A DNA stretch of 64,000 nucleotides from Sminthopsis crassicaudata (lineage: Eukaryota), in NCBI RefSeq assembly GCF_048593235.1, contig NC_133619.1, forward strand, positions 78,258,454 through 78,322,453, written 5' to 3'. The notes under the pieces were generated by a model. It had not been told where the DNA came from. It searched no databases and saw only the letters and a list, made by a program, of their open reading frames with translations. Shown here piece by piece: positions 26,101 through 39,129 of the stretch; the stretch's first letter is position 1, and every line of letters starts with the position of its first letter. Position numbers and translations under genes: made by a program.

Positions 26101-27705
26101 AAAATGACATGGCAGCAAAATAGACTAGAGTGACTTTTGGTCCATATTTATAGAAGCATCACCAATCAAATAGACATATCACAGCTTTTTGCTATCACTA
26201 AGTGAGACAATTACCAGAATTAAATATTTAGGATGTGCCTACACAAACAACTGTTCCAAATAAACTCACCCATTAATCCACTGAAGGAAAAATTACTTTA
26301 GCTTTTTGTTCATTTTTTTTTTTAGTAAGTAAAATGTCTTTTGTACTGATCATGGCAGTGTTGCCGGTTTTTTAGGTTCTTTTTTGTTTGTTGAGAATCA
26401 GTTTTCTTTTTTTGATAAAGAGTTCTTGTCAATAGATCTGTTATCCCATATGCGTAACTCATAAATATGAAGATTACAACCCATCCATATGATCTCAACC
26501 TGCCTAACTCTCATCTTTGTTCTCTCATAAATCATTTCTCTCCAAGCTATTCACAATATTCTGGGAGCCTCTTGTTTTATGCACTGTACACAAAGTATTA
26601 GGTGCTGGAAAACATTTGAATTGAATTGATTAGACATAATGACATAATATACTTGAAACATGAAAAAATCAAGGAGTTTGAAGAATTATTTAGTATTTTG
26701 GAAAATGATATCACTGAGAATAAAGCAATTAAATTTTGAAATGAAAAAGTAAACTTAATTATGGAAACTTTTCTTTAACTGTAAGACCATTTTATTTGGT
26801 CCCACAGTCTTCTAAGAGCAATTTGAATAACTCTACCATTTTAGGTATTCTAAACTACAACAAAAAAAGGTAACACAAGGAATGATTCTGCAGTGATAAA
26901 TAGAGGGACTTGAAAATGCGAATTTTAAAGGTGCTAGGAAATTGGTCAAAGCTTCACTATTTGTATTTTACTGTCTATCTCCACCATAAAAAACATTCTT
27001 TACATAGTTTCAAAATTCTAGTGAGGCTGAAGGAAAGCTGAGCAAAGCTATGATATTGATTTTCTAATACACATCGACTAGAGTTGAAATTTAAAGTAGA
27101 AAATTATAGTCCCATGGGGTTAAAAAAAAAGCTGATCAATAGCAGGAACTAATACCCCAAACCACAGGGATTACTGCCCACTGGTAATATCTTCTGCAAC
27201 CCAAGTGTAGAAACCATTCCCAGGACATGTTATCTTAATTATTTCTTTAACCTTGTCTATTATATGGTACTCTTACAGAAAATTTTTCTTGATGACAATT
27301 ATGTTTTAGCTTTAGTCCTTTACTAGATGGAATAGGGAAAAGCAAAGGTCAGAAGACCTTAATTCCAATATGAACTCCAACACTGAATAGTTTGATGACT
27401 TGGGTAAATTATTCTTTCAGAGTTTCAAATTCCTGATATATAAAATGGGCCTAATAATATGCACTTCAAAGGTATTTTAGTATTTATAAAATGTAACAGA
27501 AAAGTAAACTATTTTAAGGATTATTTTTATTCTGCACTAACACAGTTCATTCAAATAATAATTTATTGAGCACCTACTATGTACAAGGCATTGTGCTAAA
27601 TACTGGACAAAAACTAGTCCATGCTCTTAAGGAGCTCACAGTGAGAAAGGATATAAAAATGTGAAAACTGAATGGGAAAAGATTTACTATAGAAAGTGGG
27701 GCTTT

Positions 27706-28200
27706 TCAGGAGGAATACAGAGAGGCTTGGAGAGACTTACATCAACTGATGCTGAGTGAAATGAACAGAACCAGAAGATCACTGTACACTTCAACAACAA
27801 TACTGTATGAAGATGTATCCTGATGGAAGTGGATATCTTCAACATAAAGAAGATCCAACTCACTTCCAGTTGATCAATGATGGATAGAAACAACTACACC
27901 CAGAGAAGAAACACTGGGAAGTGAATGTAAATTGTTAGCACTACTGTCTATCTACCCAGGTTACTTATACCTTCGGAATCTAATACTTAATGTGCAACAA
28001 GAAAATGGTATTTACACACATATATTGTATCTAGGTTATACTGTAACACATGTAAAATGTATGGGATTGCCTGTCATCGAGGGGAGGGAGTAAAGGGAGG
28101 GAGGGGATAATTTGGAAAAATGAATACAAGGGATAATGTTATAAAAAAATTATTCATGCATATATACTGTCAAAAATTTTATAAATAAAATTTAAAAAAA
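27706..28200 (+). mobile_element. Young 5'-truncated L1 (ORF2 C-terminus and 3'UTR) with perfect 15-bp TSD
   Basis: TSD AGAAAGTGGGGCTTT at 27691-27705 and 28201-28215. Open ORF2 tail QEEYREAWRDLHQLMLSEMNRTRRSLYTSTTILYEDVS* (27707-27823). G-run tract at 28081-28106 and a short A tail. Confidence 0.92.
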
Positions 28201-28482
28201 AGAAAGTGGGGCTTTAGCAAAGACTTGAATAAAGTCAGAGAAGCCAACAGGTGGAAAAAGGAATGAATGAGTCTCAGAATCATAGAGGACAAAGGGAAAA
28301 TGCCTGGAGTCAGGAATTTGAGTGTCATGTTCCAGGAATAAATAGGAAGGAATCCTGTGTCATTAGAGTGTAGGGTAATGTGTATAAGAGTGTGTGGAGA
28401 GGATATGAACTATAAGAAGATTGGAAATGTAGGGAAGGATTGAGTTATGATGGACTTTAAATGTCAAACAGCAAATCCTACC

Positions 28483-28621
28483 NNNNNNNNNNNNNNNNNN
28501 NNNNNNNNNNNNNNNNNNNNNNNNNNNNNNNNNNNNNNNNNNNNNNNNNNNNNNNNNNNNNNNNNNNNNNNNNNNNNNNNNNNNNNNNNNNNNNNNNNNN
28601 NNNNNNNNNNNNNNNNNNNNN
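28483..28621. other. Assembly gap (N run)
   Basis: 139 N. Confidence 0.99.
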
Positions 28622-29199
28622 GTACATGTTGAAGTTAAGATGTCTATAAAATATCCAATTTGATATATTCAAGAAGCAATTAGAGATGGGAGACTGGATG
28701 TCAACAGAGAAGTTATGGTTATTATTTGCATAGAGATGATAGTTGAATTCTCAGGAGCTGATGATATTATCAAAGGAAATAGTATATATAGAGAAGAGAA
28801 GAGGACCCTGGAAAGGATATTAAGGGACATTATTGGTTAGCAGGTATGATCTGGATATTGGATTTTTGCTAGATTAATATCCAGAAAAGGAGACCTGGAA
28901 GAAGCAGTCAGGGAGGCAGGAGACCAGGGGAAAAATCTAGAGAAGAGGAAATATGAAGAAGAGGGGTCTGGTAGTGTCAAAGGATTTAGACAAATCAGAA
29001 GGATAAAACTTGAGAAGCATGATAGCTGGGAATGATGGATAACATATTGGATGAAAGAATCAGGATTAAAAAATATTAGTGGGTCAACACTTACAAGATA
29101 AGATTTGATAAGGAGAAATTTAAATTTTGTCTCCAAGTTCAAAAAGTCATTCATTAAAACTACAGGGAGGGAGAGAAACATGGTTAAACAATAATTCAT

Positions 29200-29830
29200 G
29201 TGTAAAATACTTAAGGCTTTTAGTAAATTTAAAACTCAATATAAGTTATCAGCATGATCTAATAGTCAAAAGAACTAATAGGTTCTTTAATGACATAAGT
29301 GGTATCAAGAAGAAGGAAGGTGATAATCCTAACATAATCTGTCAGTTGGATCACATCTGGATAACTGCATTCAGATCGTTAAACTATATTTTAGATGGGA
29401 TATTGAAAAGATTGATTTTGTCCAGATGAGAATGACCAGGAGGATGAGGAAATTCAAAATGATTGCATACTTGCTGAAATAATTAAGAGAAGAAGACTTA
29501 AGGGCCTCAGGATAGTAGAGTTCAAATATTTAATAGGTGTTCATGTAAAACAGTATTTTCACTTGGCTGTAGAGATAAAGAGGTGATGAACTCTGGAGGA
29601 AGTAGAAACAGGATGGCAGGTAGATAGAGGTTGGCTTAACATAATGGAAAAGAATCCTAAAAATTAGAATGGTTCAAAAATTGAATGAACTGCCTTCAAG
29701 AAATGTAATTCTCTATTCCTAGAGTTCTTCAAGAAGAAACTGAAAAACCAGTTGTTAGGCATGTTATATGTGAATCAGAATTTGGACATTTGTTAAAGTA
29801 GTTGGCTCAGATCTCTCTTCCAACTTCAAA
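29200..29830 (+). mobile_element. L3/CR1 LINE 3' fragment
   Basis: aaactcaatataagttatcagcatgat...cacatctggataactgcattcag...tccagatgagaatgaccaggaggatgagg...ttcttcaagaagaaactg, CR1/L3-like. Confidence 0.7.
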
Positions 29831-31902
29831 TTGGTGGCATTATTTAAGGCATAAGGCAAATATAAAAATGAATATTTAGAGAGTGGACAGCATATCTCCC
29901 AAAGATGAAAAACTGTCCCTGCCTCCAATCCAAAAGTTCAGTTAAGAAAGAGATTCAAAAGATCATTGTACTAAATTTCTACATTGTAGTCATTTATAAA
30001 CTAAACTTTGGACAGAAGTTAATTCATTGTGAGTAAATGTAAGAAAGACTGCTATTTTCACATCATTTTCATGATTTAAAAATTTATAACAGAAAGACAC
30101 ATCTTTTCAACTTTTTCTGATTTTCTTACAACCTTTTCTTAACTTTAAGAAGTCAATATCTCATTAACACTTCAAATGAGATAATATATGGAAAGAAATT
30201 TAGAAATTTAGAAATAAATATTCAAATTATCATAGTCATCAAAATATACTTACTTAATGGCATAAGCCAATTAAATCCAGGTTGCAGCTTTACATATTTG
30301 TTTTCAGTTCTAAAAGTCTGTTTCAGTATTCTATGAAGTAGGCATTTTTTTCTGAAAACTAACATCATAGTACTGGATTTTGTCATGGCTTTATACTATT
30401 TGCTCATGGTTTCTGCTTCTTATGTTTCAATTTTATCTTACTAAATTAAACTGTAATATCTTTGAGGGGATGTTATACTTCCTTTCTATACCCTACAGCA
30501 GGTACTCAATAAATATTTGCTGATGGACTGATTAATTAATTGGCAGATTTCCCACATCATTTCAGAGGATTATTTAACCTATTCTTTACTTGAGATAAGT
30601 TGATCATTTCAGTACTTAACAGTCATCATATTTTAATTCCTCCTCCAACAATTTTGTCCAATTCTCTCTGGTTATGTCCTTAGTGGAAATGGAGAGCATC
30701 TGGTTACCATTACCAGTTAATTTACCTTTCTACTTCATCTCAGAGAAAAAAGAAGTGCATTTTCTCATTATTTGTTTCACAAATTCAATTTTGTATCACT
30801 TAAATTATTTTTCTGGCTATTATTTAAGAAACTTACAGGCTAAAACATTTCTACTTTTATGTATATATATTCCCAATTAACTCATTATTTTAAAACAGTC
30901 AGCAAATATTTACTGTGTGCTTATAGTATACAAAGTATTGTGTTAAGTACTGTTGGAAAATAGTATGAATGTAAAAAAAGGTCTTTGGTTTCTAAAGGCT
31001 TACAAAGTAGCTGGAGAGGAGATCTAGATGTGTTTCAACAGATCAAGAGCCAGAACTAGCATGTGGTGTTGGGGACTTTGTCCAGGTGCCAACTCTGTCT
31101 CTCTCTGTGTGTAGGATCTTTCCCCTAGGTGGATGCCAGCCATCCAACTGGTCTCATTTCCTTGCTTATTCCCCACTTGCCATTCACCAAAGATTGATGG
31201 AAATAACATCACTTCTCTTGGTGTTTTACCACTTTTACATCTTGATAGCCTTTAAGTTCCTCCCTGGCCTGGGTGCTCACAAGACACAGAATTCCCAATA
31301 CCAAAGAGGATACAGTAGGGACTGGCAATCCTTCCCATAGTAAACTCAGTCTTGGTCCTCCCCTTTATTAAGTCCTCTGTATTCTTTCTTTCTTTTTTTT
31401 TCTGTACCTTTGAAATCTTCCAATTCCTCTCTTAGGGAACCATTATACTTTATCTTTGCTTGTTAAATTGCTTCTGTCCTCAAGTGTTCAATGAAACCAA
31501 GATTTCTCCTGGAGACATAATTTCTCTTAAAACCTTTTCTTAGGCTGCTTGCTCCATCTCTCCTGCCCTCTGATATAATGGAACTGAAAGAAGAGTCAGC
31601 ATACTCTTTGCTTCCCATGGCTACTTCCAGACCCAACTTCTGCCTCTATCACATAGTAGCTACACAATCTCCTTTTAATTTTTTTTATTCATACAAATCC
31701 TTGCTGAAGTTTGGAGGAACAGTAGATATGGGACTGGCCCAAAGTCATGAAGAATCAAGCTCAAATATGGCTTCAGATATTATCTACTGGTATAACTTTG
31801 GGCAAATTAGTCAATTTCTCCCTTAGTTTCCTCAATAGTAAGGTGTTAATATTCTTTTTTCTCTAGGTTTTCTGGTTGAAGCAGAAATTTTAAATAGAGC
31901 TC

Positions 31903-32157
31903 TGTCGTTCAGCCATTTTTCATTTGTGTCTGACTCTTTGTGACCCATTTGGGGCCTTCTTTGCAAAGATACTGGAGTGGTCTGCCATTTCCTTCTTCAG
32001 TTCATTTTATGGATGAGGAAACTAAGGAAAATGGGGATTAAGTAATTTACCCAAGATCATATAGGTAGTCAGTATCTGAAGCTAGTTTGGAACTCAAGAA
32101 AATGAATGTTTCTGACTATAGTCTTGGTACTCTATCCACTGTTCCAACTAGCTGCCC
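31903..32157 (-). mobile_element. Mar1-type CORE-SINE, near full length
   Basis: RTE-type tail (tgtcgttcagc...tgtctgactctttgtgacccatttgggg...gcaaagatactggagtgg), core, and tRNA-like head ending ctagctgccc. Confidence 0.85.
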
Positions 32158-32214
32158 AAATGGAGTTATACTGAAGGAGAAAGATAATTTTGTCCAACAC
32201 AGCAAAGGTCATGC

Positions 32215-32820
32215 AGTCAGTCAAGAACATTAAGCATCCCATATACGCTCAGCACTATACTAAGCATTGGATTCTTGAATGCTATGTAGAAACATTTGAA
32301 CATTTTTCTTTTAGGCAATGGAGAAACCACTGAAAATCTTGGTTAAAGATAAGATAACAATGCTATGTTTTTGAAAGATGAATCAGATGGTGATTTGAAG
32401 GATGGATTAGAAAGCAGAAAGGCTGGGGAGCAAAGGTGATCTTTAAGGTTCCTTCCAGGTCTAAATCCTTTATGACATATTAAAGCCAGTTAAGAGACTA
32501 TTCCAATCATTTTGGTGACAAAGGATGAGGGCCTGAATTGGGTCATAGCAAAGGAATTGGAAAAGAGGGAATCAATATTCAAGATATAAAAACTCAAAAG
32601 AAGGCATGGTAATGATGAGATGGGGAGGGATAGATCACTTTTAGGTTCAGAACTCAGTGAATGTAGAGATAATACTCTTTCTACTGTCAAAAAGAGTAAG
32701 ATAATTTAGGGAAGATGATGATGGATTTGGTTTTGGACACAATGATTCTGAGAAAATGGCATGACATATGAGTATATGCCCATCACACAGTTGGAAATCC
32801 AGGATTGATTTTCCAATGTT
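32215..32820 (-). mobile_element. L2 LINE fragments
   Basis: cagtcagtcaagaacattaagcatcc... terminus and body (ggcaatggagaaaccactgaa..., gagactattccaatcattttggtgacaaaggatgagggcctgaa). Confidence 0.6.
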
Positions 32821-33189
32821 ATTTTTCATCATTAATCAAATTTGTTCTAGGTCCCTAATGTGCAGGCAACTTATTAACACGGTACAGAAAATAGCCCTGA
32901 ATTGATTATCTGAAGAAAATGCTATATTTCCAGTTTCTTTTCAAGAACTATTGGACATAGTAAAGAAAACTGCCAAACTCTCTTCATTCATATAGTCAAT
33001 TCATTTATTCACTCAATAAGCATTATTAAGCTGCTATTAGATGCCAGGTATGGCACAAGATATGGGAAATATGAAAACAAATATAAAATCATTCTTGTAA
33101 TCATCACTCTTATCATATTCTCCTAAAGACAGTTTTATGTATATTCTCCTGAAAGCCAGTGAAGAATGATACAGAGTCCTATGTTTTGT

Positions 33190-33708
33190 TTCTTTTGTCC
33201 TTTTATATAATAAATTTATTTTAATACACATTGTTTTATGAATCATGTTAATAGAGAAAAATCACAGCAAAAGGGAAAAATGGGAGAGATAAAAAAAAAA
33301 CACAGGAAAAAGAAGTGAATATAGCATGTGTTGATTTACATTCAGTCTCCTTAGTTCTCTTTCTGGATGCAGAGGGCATTTTCTGCCCAATGTCAATTGG
33401 TATTGTTTTGAATCACTGAACCACTGAGAATAACCAAGGCCATCAGAATTGATCATTGCACATTCTTGTTATTATTGTGCACAATATATTCCTAGTTCTG
33501 CTTGTTTTGCTTAGCATCAGTTCAAGTAAATCTTTCCAGCCCTTTCTATAATCTTCTTGTTCATCATTTTTTACAGAACAATAATATTCTATTACCTTCA
33601 TGTGTCACAACATGTTTAGCCATTCTCCTACTGATGGGCAGCCATTCATTTTCCAATTCTTTGCTACCACAAAAAGAGCTGTTACAAACTTTTTGCACAT
33701 GTGGGCAA
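33190..33708 (-). mobile_element. Marsupial L1 3' fragment (ORF2 end and 3'UTR)
   Basis: cttagcatcagttcaagtaaatctttccagc...gatgggcagccattcattttccaattctttgctaccacaaaaagagctg is the reverse complement of the L1 ORF2 C-terminus. Confidence 0.85.
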
Positions 33709-36261
33709 GATTATTCTGTTTTTTAAAAAAGGAGAAAGCTTATAAGGTAGCTAGAGTGTTATGTCTGCTTAAATAATAATGCTGAAGCAAGCAAGAGCAA
33801 CAGGGTTCCCTGCCTGTCACCAATTCATATGGCCTCAGGCAAGCTATTTACCTTCTCAGAGTCTCCTTCCCTCTATCCATAAAGGAAGATATTTCTTGAC
33901 AGTGTTTCTCTATGATGGATCCTGAAGATGAATGCTCATAAATTATGCTAAAATTCTCAGATGAAAGGTGAGGAACAAAGCACCACTTCCATTTTCTAAG
34001 GCAAGTTATTAAAATGGTAGATTTCATTATTTAACAGTATTTATTAACCATCCTACAAGGACATGACATTGTGATGGACATTGTACAAAGCAAATTAAAC
34101 AAACACTCACCCAAGGAGCTTATGTACATTTGTCTACATAGAGGAATAAAATGGTTATTAATATATTTTATTGGTTATTTAATGGGAATATGCAAATAGC
34201 TCCATTAACAAATCTTTTGTATTTTATTAATTCAGTACTTAAATGATTACATTTCACCTTAAATACAAATAAAGTTTATTTATTAGTACAAACCTTATAA
34301 TTTATAGCCTATGAAATTTGTTTTTAGCATTCTGGTTTCTTTAAAAGTTAAGTCCATTTTCCCCCCACTGGACTTTTTTTGTTCTGATCTGTTAGCAAAT
34401 CTAAACCTCATTATCTTAGTGAAATAATGAGACAAAGGGGTCTATTCTTCTTCAGTGCACTTGCGTAATTCACATTAATGTTAATGGGAGTTGTGCAGGC
34501 ATATTAAGGGGAGAAGAGAACCCTAATTAAACAAATAAGCCTTTGGTTGGCACTCTACGTGAGCATTTTTATTGTAATAAGTATGAGAAAATCATCTTGC
34601 TGCTTTGGACAACCATAAACACAACTACAGAGTAATCAGGATAACATGGGGGAGGAGGGGAAGATGATGAACAGCAATCAGATTTTTAAATAATTTGAAA
34701 AACAAGCTACCCTTACATTTTCATACTAATTAACTCCATCCATGCCCCAGCCTTTCCATGAACACACACTCAAAAACAGGTTAGTACTATAAACAAACAT
34801 TTGCTGACACGTTTGACAGCTGAAAAGAAAATTATTAAAGTCAGATAGCAAAACAAATTCTGCACATTCTGGGCATTTCCAGCACTAGCTCACATCTCTC
34901 CCTCGTGCCTTCTGTGAGTGTACAATCCGTCACAAAATTCTCTTCCAGTTAAGAAATAAATGCCTAACAAATAATTGTAAGTTTGCTTGACCAGAAATTA
35001 ATCCATACTTTTACTTTTTAATATATCTTTCCACATTTATTTCCATCATTTTTACTTACTGCCTGCTCAATTTAGATGAATCTCTCTGTTTTTTTACATT
35101 CTCCCTTTCCCTACCTATAGACATTATGGTGCTAATTTTCCTCACTGATGCTTAACTTTGCAAATCAACACAAGCTAAAATGTATAATACATAAATATAT
35201 AAATATTATCAGCTATCACACCACTGGACTTAATGGAAGTCAATATCTGTGTATTATACTACCCACTCTGCAATTCCATTATAGGCCCAACACTGCTCAT
35301 CATAAAAAGTATCATTCTGAATAAAGGCCTATAATAGTAATAATGAAAAAAAAGGGTCATTCCTCTTTCCAACTAGAATAAAAAATTAAAATCACTGAGG
35401 CACTTAGCTTAAAGGAAAATTGGAAAATTAACAAGATGAAGAAACAAAAAATTATGCCTCATATTATAAAAAAGAAACTAAATGACCTAAGATGGACTAT
35501 GAAAAGACAAAATTCAGAGCTACCAATGAGGGGAAAAAAAACCTCAGCAGAAGCTAGGTAAAATTGCAAGGCTCTACATTTTTGCATCCCTTTCAAGCAC
35601 AGAAAGCCATGGACAACAGTGGATAGGTATAAATGTGATAGCTTTTGACATGCAAATTTATTGGAAGGAAGGGAAGAAGGGGTCAGGCTCCTATATTTCT
35701 TGCAAGCTCCATACACAAAGCATAAGGACACTGAGATTCAATATATTTCTGAATCCAGAATGAAGTTGAATTAAGAATTTCCACACTATAACCACAGTCT
35801 AAGTTAGGATTTCATTCCTCATTTGAACCTTCATCTATCAATATGGCTTGTGCTTCACAAAGCCAAGTGTTCCTCACTATAGTCTGTTGGCCTTTGGCCT
35901 TATAGAACTGGCTATTAAAATTTCATTGGCTCAGCTACATTAGCTGGTTTACTTACCCTTCATACTCATAAAGTTGAAGGGCTAATCCAGAAATTTTACA
36001 ACTGCTATCTGGAAAAAGGTAATGATAGGGTATTGCCACATTATATTTATTATACACCAGACCTGTAACAATCACTAAAGGATCATGGATATAGAGGAGA
36101 AATGTATGACAGACAGCACAGTCCCTGATAATATTAAACTTTAGTCTCAATATAAGTTAATTTAAAAATCAAGTCAAAAAGTATCTTTGTGGGAAAGGTA
36201 TATTATAAGATTACTTCATGACAGCATAGTATTTTATAACTGATGAATAGAAATAATAAAT

Positions 36262-37312
36262 ATGAGGATTTGTTTTCTATCTTACAAGTTTGCTGCTTCA
36301 ATTAATTTTTTAATTGACTAAGTACACTATCACTTCATCAGCAAAAGGTGATGATTTTGTTTTTTTTCTTTGTAAGTACTTCTTTGTAATTCCTTTTCTT
36401 GTCTTAATGCTATACACATTTCTAGTACAAAGTTGAATAGAAATGGTGACAATGGACATCCTTGTTTCACTTGTAATTTTATTAGGAAGGATTCTAGTTT
36501 ACTTTATAGATGTAAATCTTGATTTTAAACATATATTACATATGATTTTAAAGAAAGATTCATATGCTCCTATGTTTTCCAGTGTGGTAGTTTTTCAAAT
36601 AGAAATGTTTATTATATTTTGTTAAAAGCTTTTTCTGTATTTATAGATAATGATCATATTACTTATTTTTGTTTTTATGAATATGGTTATGTTTATATTT
36701 TCTTAACATTAGTCCAACTATATATTTTTGGTATAAATCTAAACTGGTTATAGTATATATTTTTTGTGATATGCTGCTTTAATCTCTTTGCTAATTTTTA
36801 CTGAAAATTTCTTTGAATCTAAGTTCCCTAAGAATATTGGTCTATAGTTTTCTTTTTCTGTTTTGACTTTCCCTTAATGCATAAAGATCATATCTGTCAC
36901 AGAAGGGATTTGGTTAGATTCTTTCTTTTGATATTTTCCCAAATAGTTTATACATTGTTGGAATTAATTGTTTTTTGAATGCTTGATACAATTCATTTGT
37001 GAATACATCTGATCCTGGAGTGTTTTCTTTTATTTTGTTAAATTTGCTCCTCTGAAATTGGATTGTTTAAATTTTCTCTTTTAGGTTATGTTAATTTGGA
37101 TATTTTCTTTTGTTTTTGTAAATACATATTTATTTATTTCACTTAAGTTATTGCTTTCATATAGTGACAATTTTACATATAATTGAGCAAAATAATTTTT
37201 AATAACATCCCTTAATACTTACTATTTTGTTGTGAATTCTCTTTTTTCATTTTTGATACTGCCATAATTTGATTTTTCTCTCTCTTTTATTTTTAATCAA
37301 ATTGGCTTATCA
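36262..37312 (-). mobile_element. Old L1 ORF2 segment, inverted part of a 5'-inverted insertion
   Basis: The reverse complement encodes decayed RT motifs: QGCPLSP (caaggatgtccattgtcaccatt at about 36442-36464), FAD(E) at about 36335, and ...YKxNPH at the left end. Confidence 0.8.
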
Positions 37313-38723
37313 GCATTTTTATAAAATATTATAAAATCCACCAGGAAGAGATAAATTCCATTTAATATTACTATAAAATAAATAAAATACTAGAGTCTAC
37401 CTTGTAAGATACACATAAGAACAATATAAAAACAAGTATAAACTACTAAAGGATTACTTTATAGAACTAGAAAAAATAATAATGAAATTCAAATGGAGAC
37501 AAAAAGGTCAAGTATCTCAAAGGAAATAAAGAAAAGAAGTGGGAATAAAGGGGCCTAAGAGTGACTGATTTTCAATTATACCACAAAGCAGTAATTCTCA
37601 AAACAATTTGGTATTGCTTAAAGAATAGAGAGATGGATCAGCACAACAGATTAGCTATATAAGATATTGAAACACATATATCTAGTACTCCCTAGTATTT
37701 GATAAATACAAAGAGCCTATCTACTGGGATAAGAACTCCCCAGTTGACAAAAACTGTTTGGGAAATTGGACAGCAGTATAGAATAAATTAGATTTAGAGG
37801 AACATCTCACATATTATGTAAAGATAAGCTCCAAATGGATATCTGACCTAGCCATAAAAGGTCACATCATAAACAAATTAGAGAACCATGGAAATAAATT
37901 ACCTAGTAGATCTATAGGTAGGAGGAAAATTCATGACCAAACAAAGGATAAAGAGGATAACAGAAGATAAGATGGATAATTTTGATCACATAAAATTAAA
38001 AAAAGGTTTCCAAAATCAAATTGAATAAAAATTAAGATTAAAAAAGAAAATTATTAATTGGGGAAAACATTTGCAGAAGGTTTATCTCATAAAGGTCTCA
38101 TTGTGAGGACCTATAAGGAACTAATTCAAACTTATAAGAATAAAGGCCATTTCTCAATTAATAAAAAGTTCAAGACTATGAACAAGTAGTTCTTAGGGGA
38201 AGCAATTCAGCAATATAAAAAACATTCTACAAATCACTATGAATTAGAGAAATGAGAATAAAAGCATCTATGCGATTCTATCTCATACCAAGAAAATTAG
38301 AAAAGATGACGAAACATGGAAATAAATTTTAGGGGGCTATAAGAAAACAAGGATATTAATGAATTTTTGTTGAACCCGTGAATGAGTTAAACCATTCTAG
38401 AAAGTAATTTGGAATTTTACAAAAAATTTGCCCTTTAATTCAGCTATAATACTGGTAGGCCTATATGTACCCCAAAGAGGTCAAAGAAAGAGATAAATGG
38501 TTTTACTGTACAAAGATATTTACAGCAGCTTTTTTTTTTTTTTTTTTGTGGCAGCAAGAAACCATAAACAAAACAAAATTGGAAGCTAAAAATCCTAAAA
38601 TCCATCAATTGAGGAATGGCTGAACAAGTCATGGTAATAAATGTAATGGAATACAGTTGTGCCATAATCAGTGAGGAAGCAGACAATTTTAAAGAGACCT
38701 AAGAAGAGTTATATGAACTAATA
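37310..38723 (+). mobile_element. Old L1 ORF2 C-terminal half, sense part of a 5'-inverted insertion
   Basis: Starts at the SAFLY-like tcagcatttttata and continues through gaactagaaaaaataata..., aaaacaatttggtattg and gaatacagttgtgccataa to tatgaactaatac. Confidence 0.85.
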
Positions 38724-38740
38724 CGGTACAATTGTTTTTT

Positions 38741-38925
38741 GTAATTTTTCTCATATAATTCCTGACTTTTCTTTGGTAGATGGATTCCCAAATATTTTAT
38801 ACTCTCAACATTTGTTTGGAATGGAATTTCTCTTTGTATCTCTTGCTGTTGCATTTTGTTAGTGATATATAAAAATGCCGAGGATTTATGTGGATTTATT
38901 TTGTATCTTGCCACTTTGCTGAAAT
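38741..38925 (-). mobile_element. 185-bp internal L1 ORF2 fragment with perfect 17-bp TSD
   Basis: TSD CGGTACAATTGTTTTTT at 38724-38740 and 38926-38942. The insert is stop-free: FSKVARYKINPHKSSAFLYITNKMQQQEIQREIPFQTNVESIKYLGIHLPKKSQELYEKNY. Confidence 0.9.
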
Positions 38926-39129
38926 CGGTACAATTGTTTTTTAAAAAAGCAATACAACTGAAGTGAATACTACACATATAAAGTTCGAGGACCTGAAGGT
39001 TGAAAATATTTTCTCCAAGTAAAACTTTCATTGTCAATACAGTAAAGATCATTCTATCATTGGGTTCAACATTAGGAAGTTTTAACTATTACCTTCAAGT
39101 ATTCAAATACATTTTGAAAATTACAAACT

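Larger units (their letters stand above)
27540..29120 (-). mobile_element. L2 LINE fragment interrupted by a young L1 (27706-28200) and a gap
   Basis: L2 terminus ttcattcaaa..atttattgagcacctactatgtacaaggcattgtgct at 27545-27600. L2-like body resumes after 28215. Confidence 0.7.
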
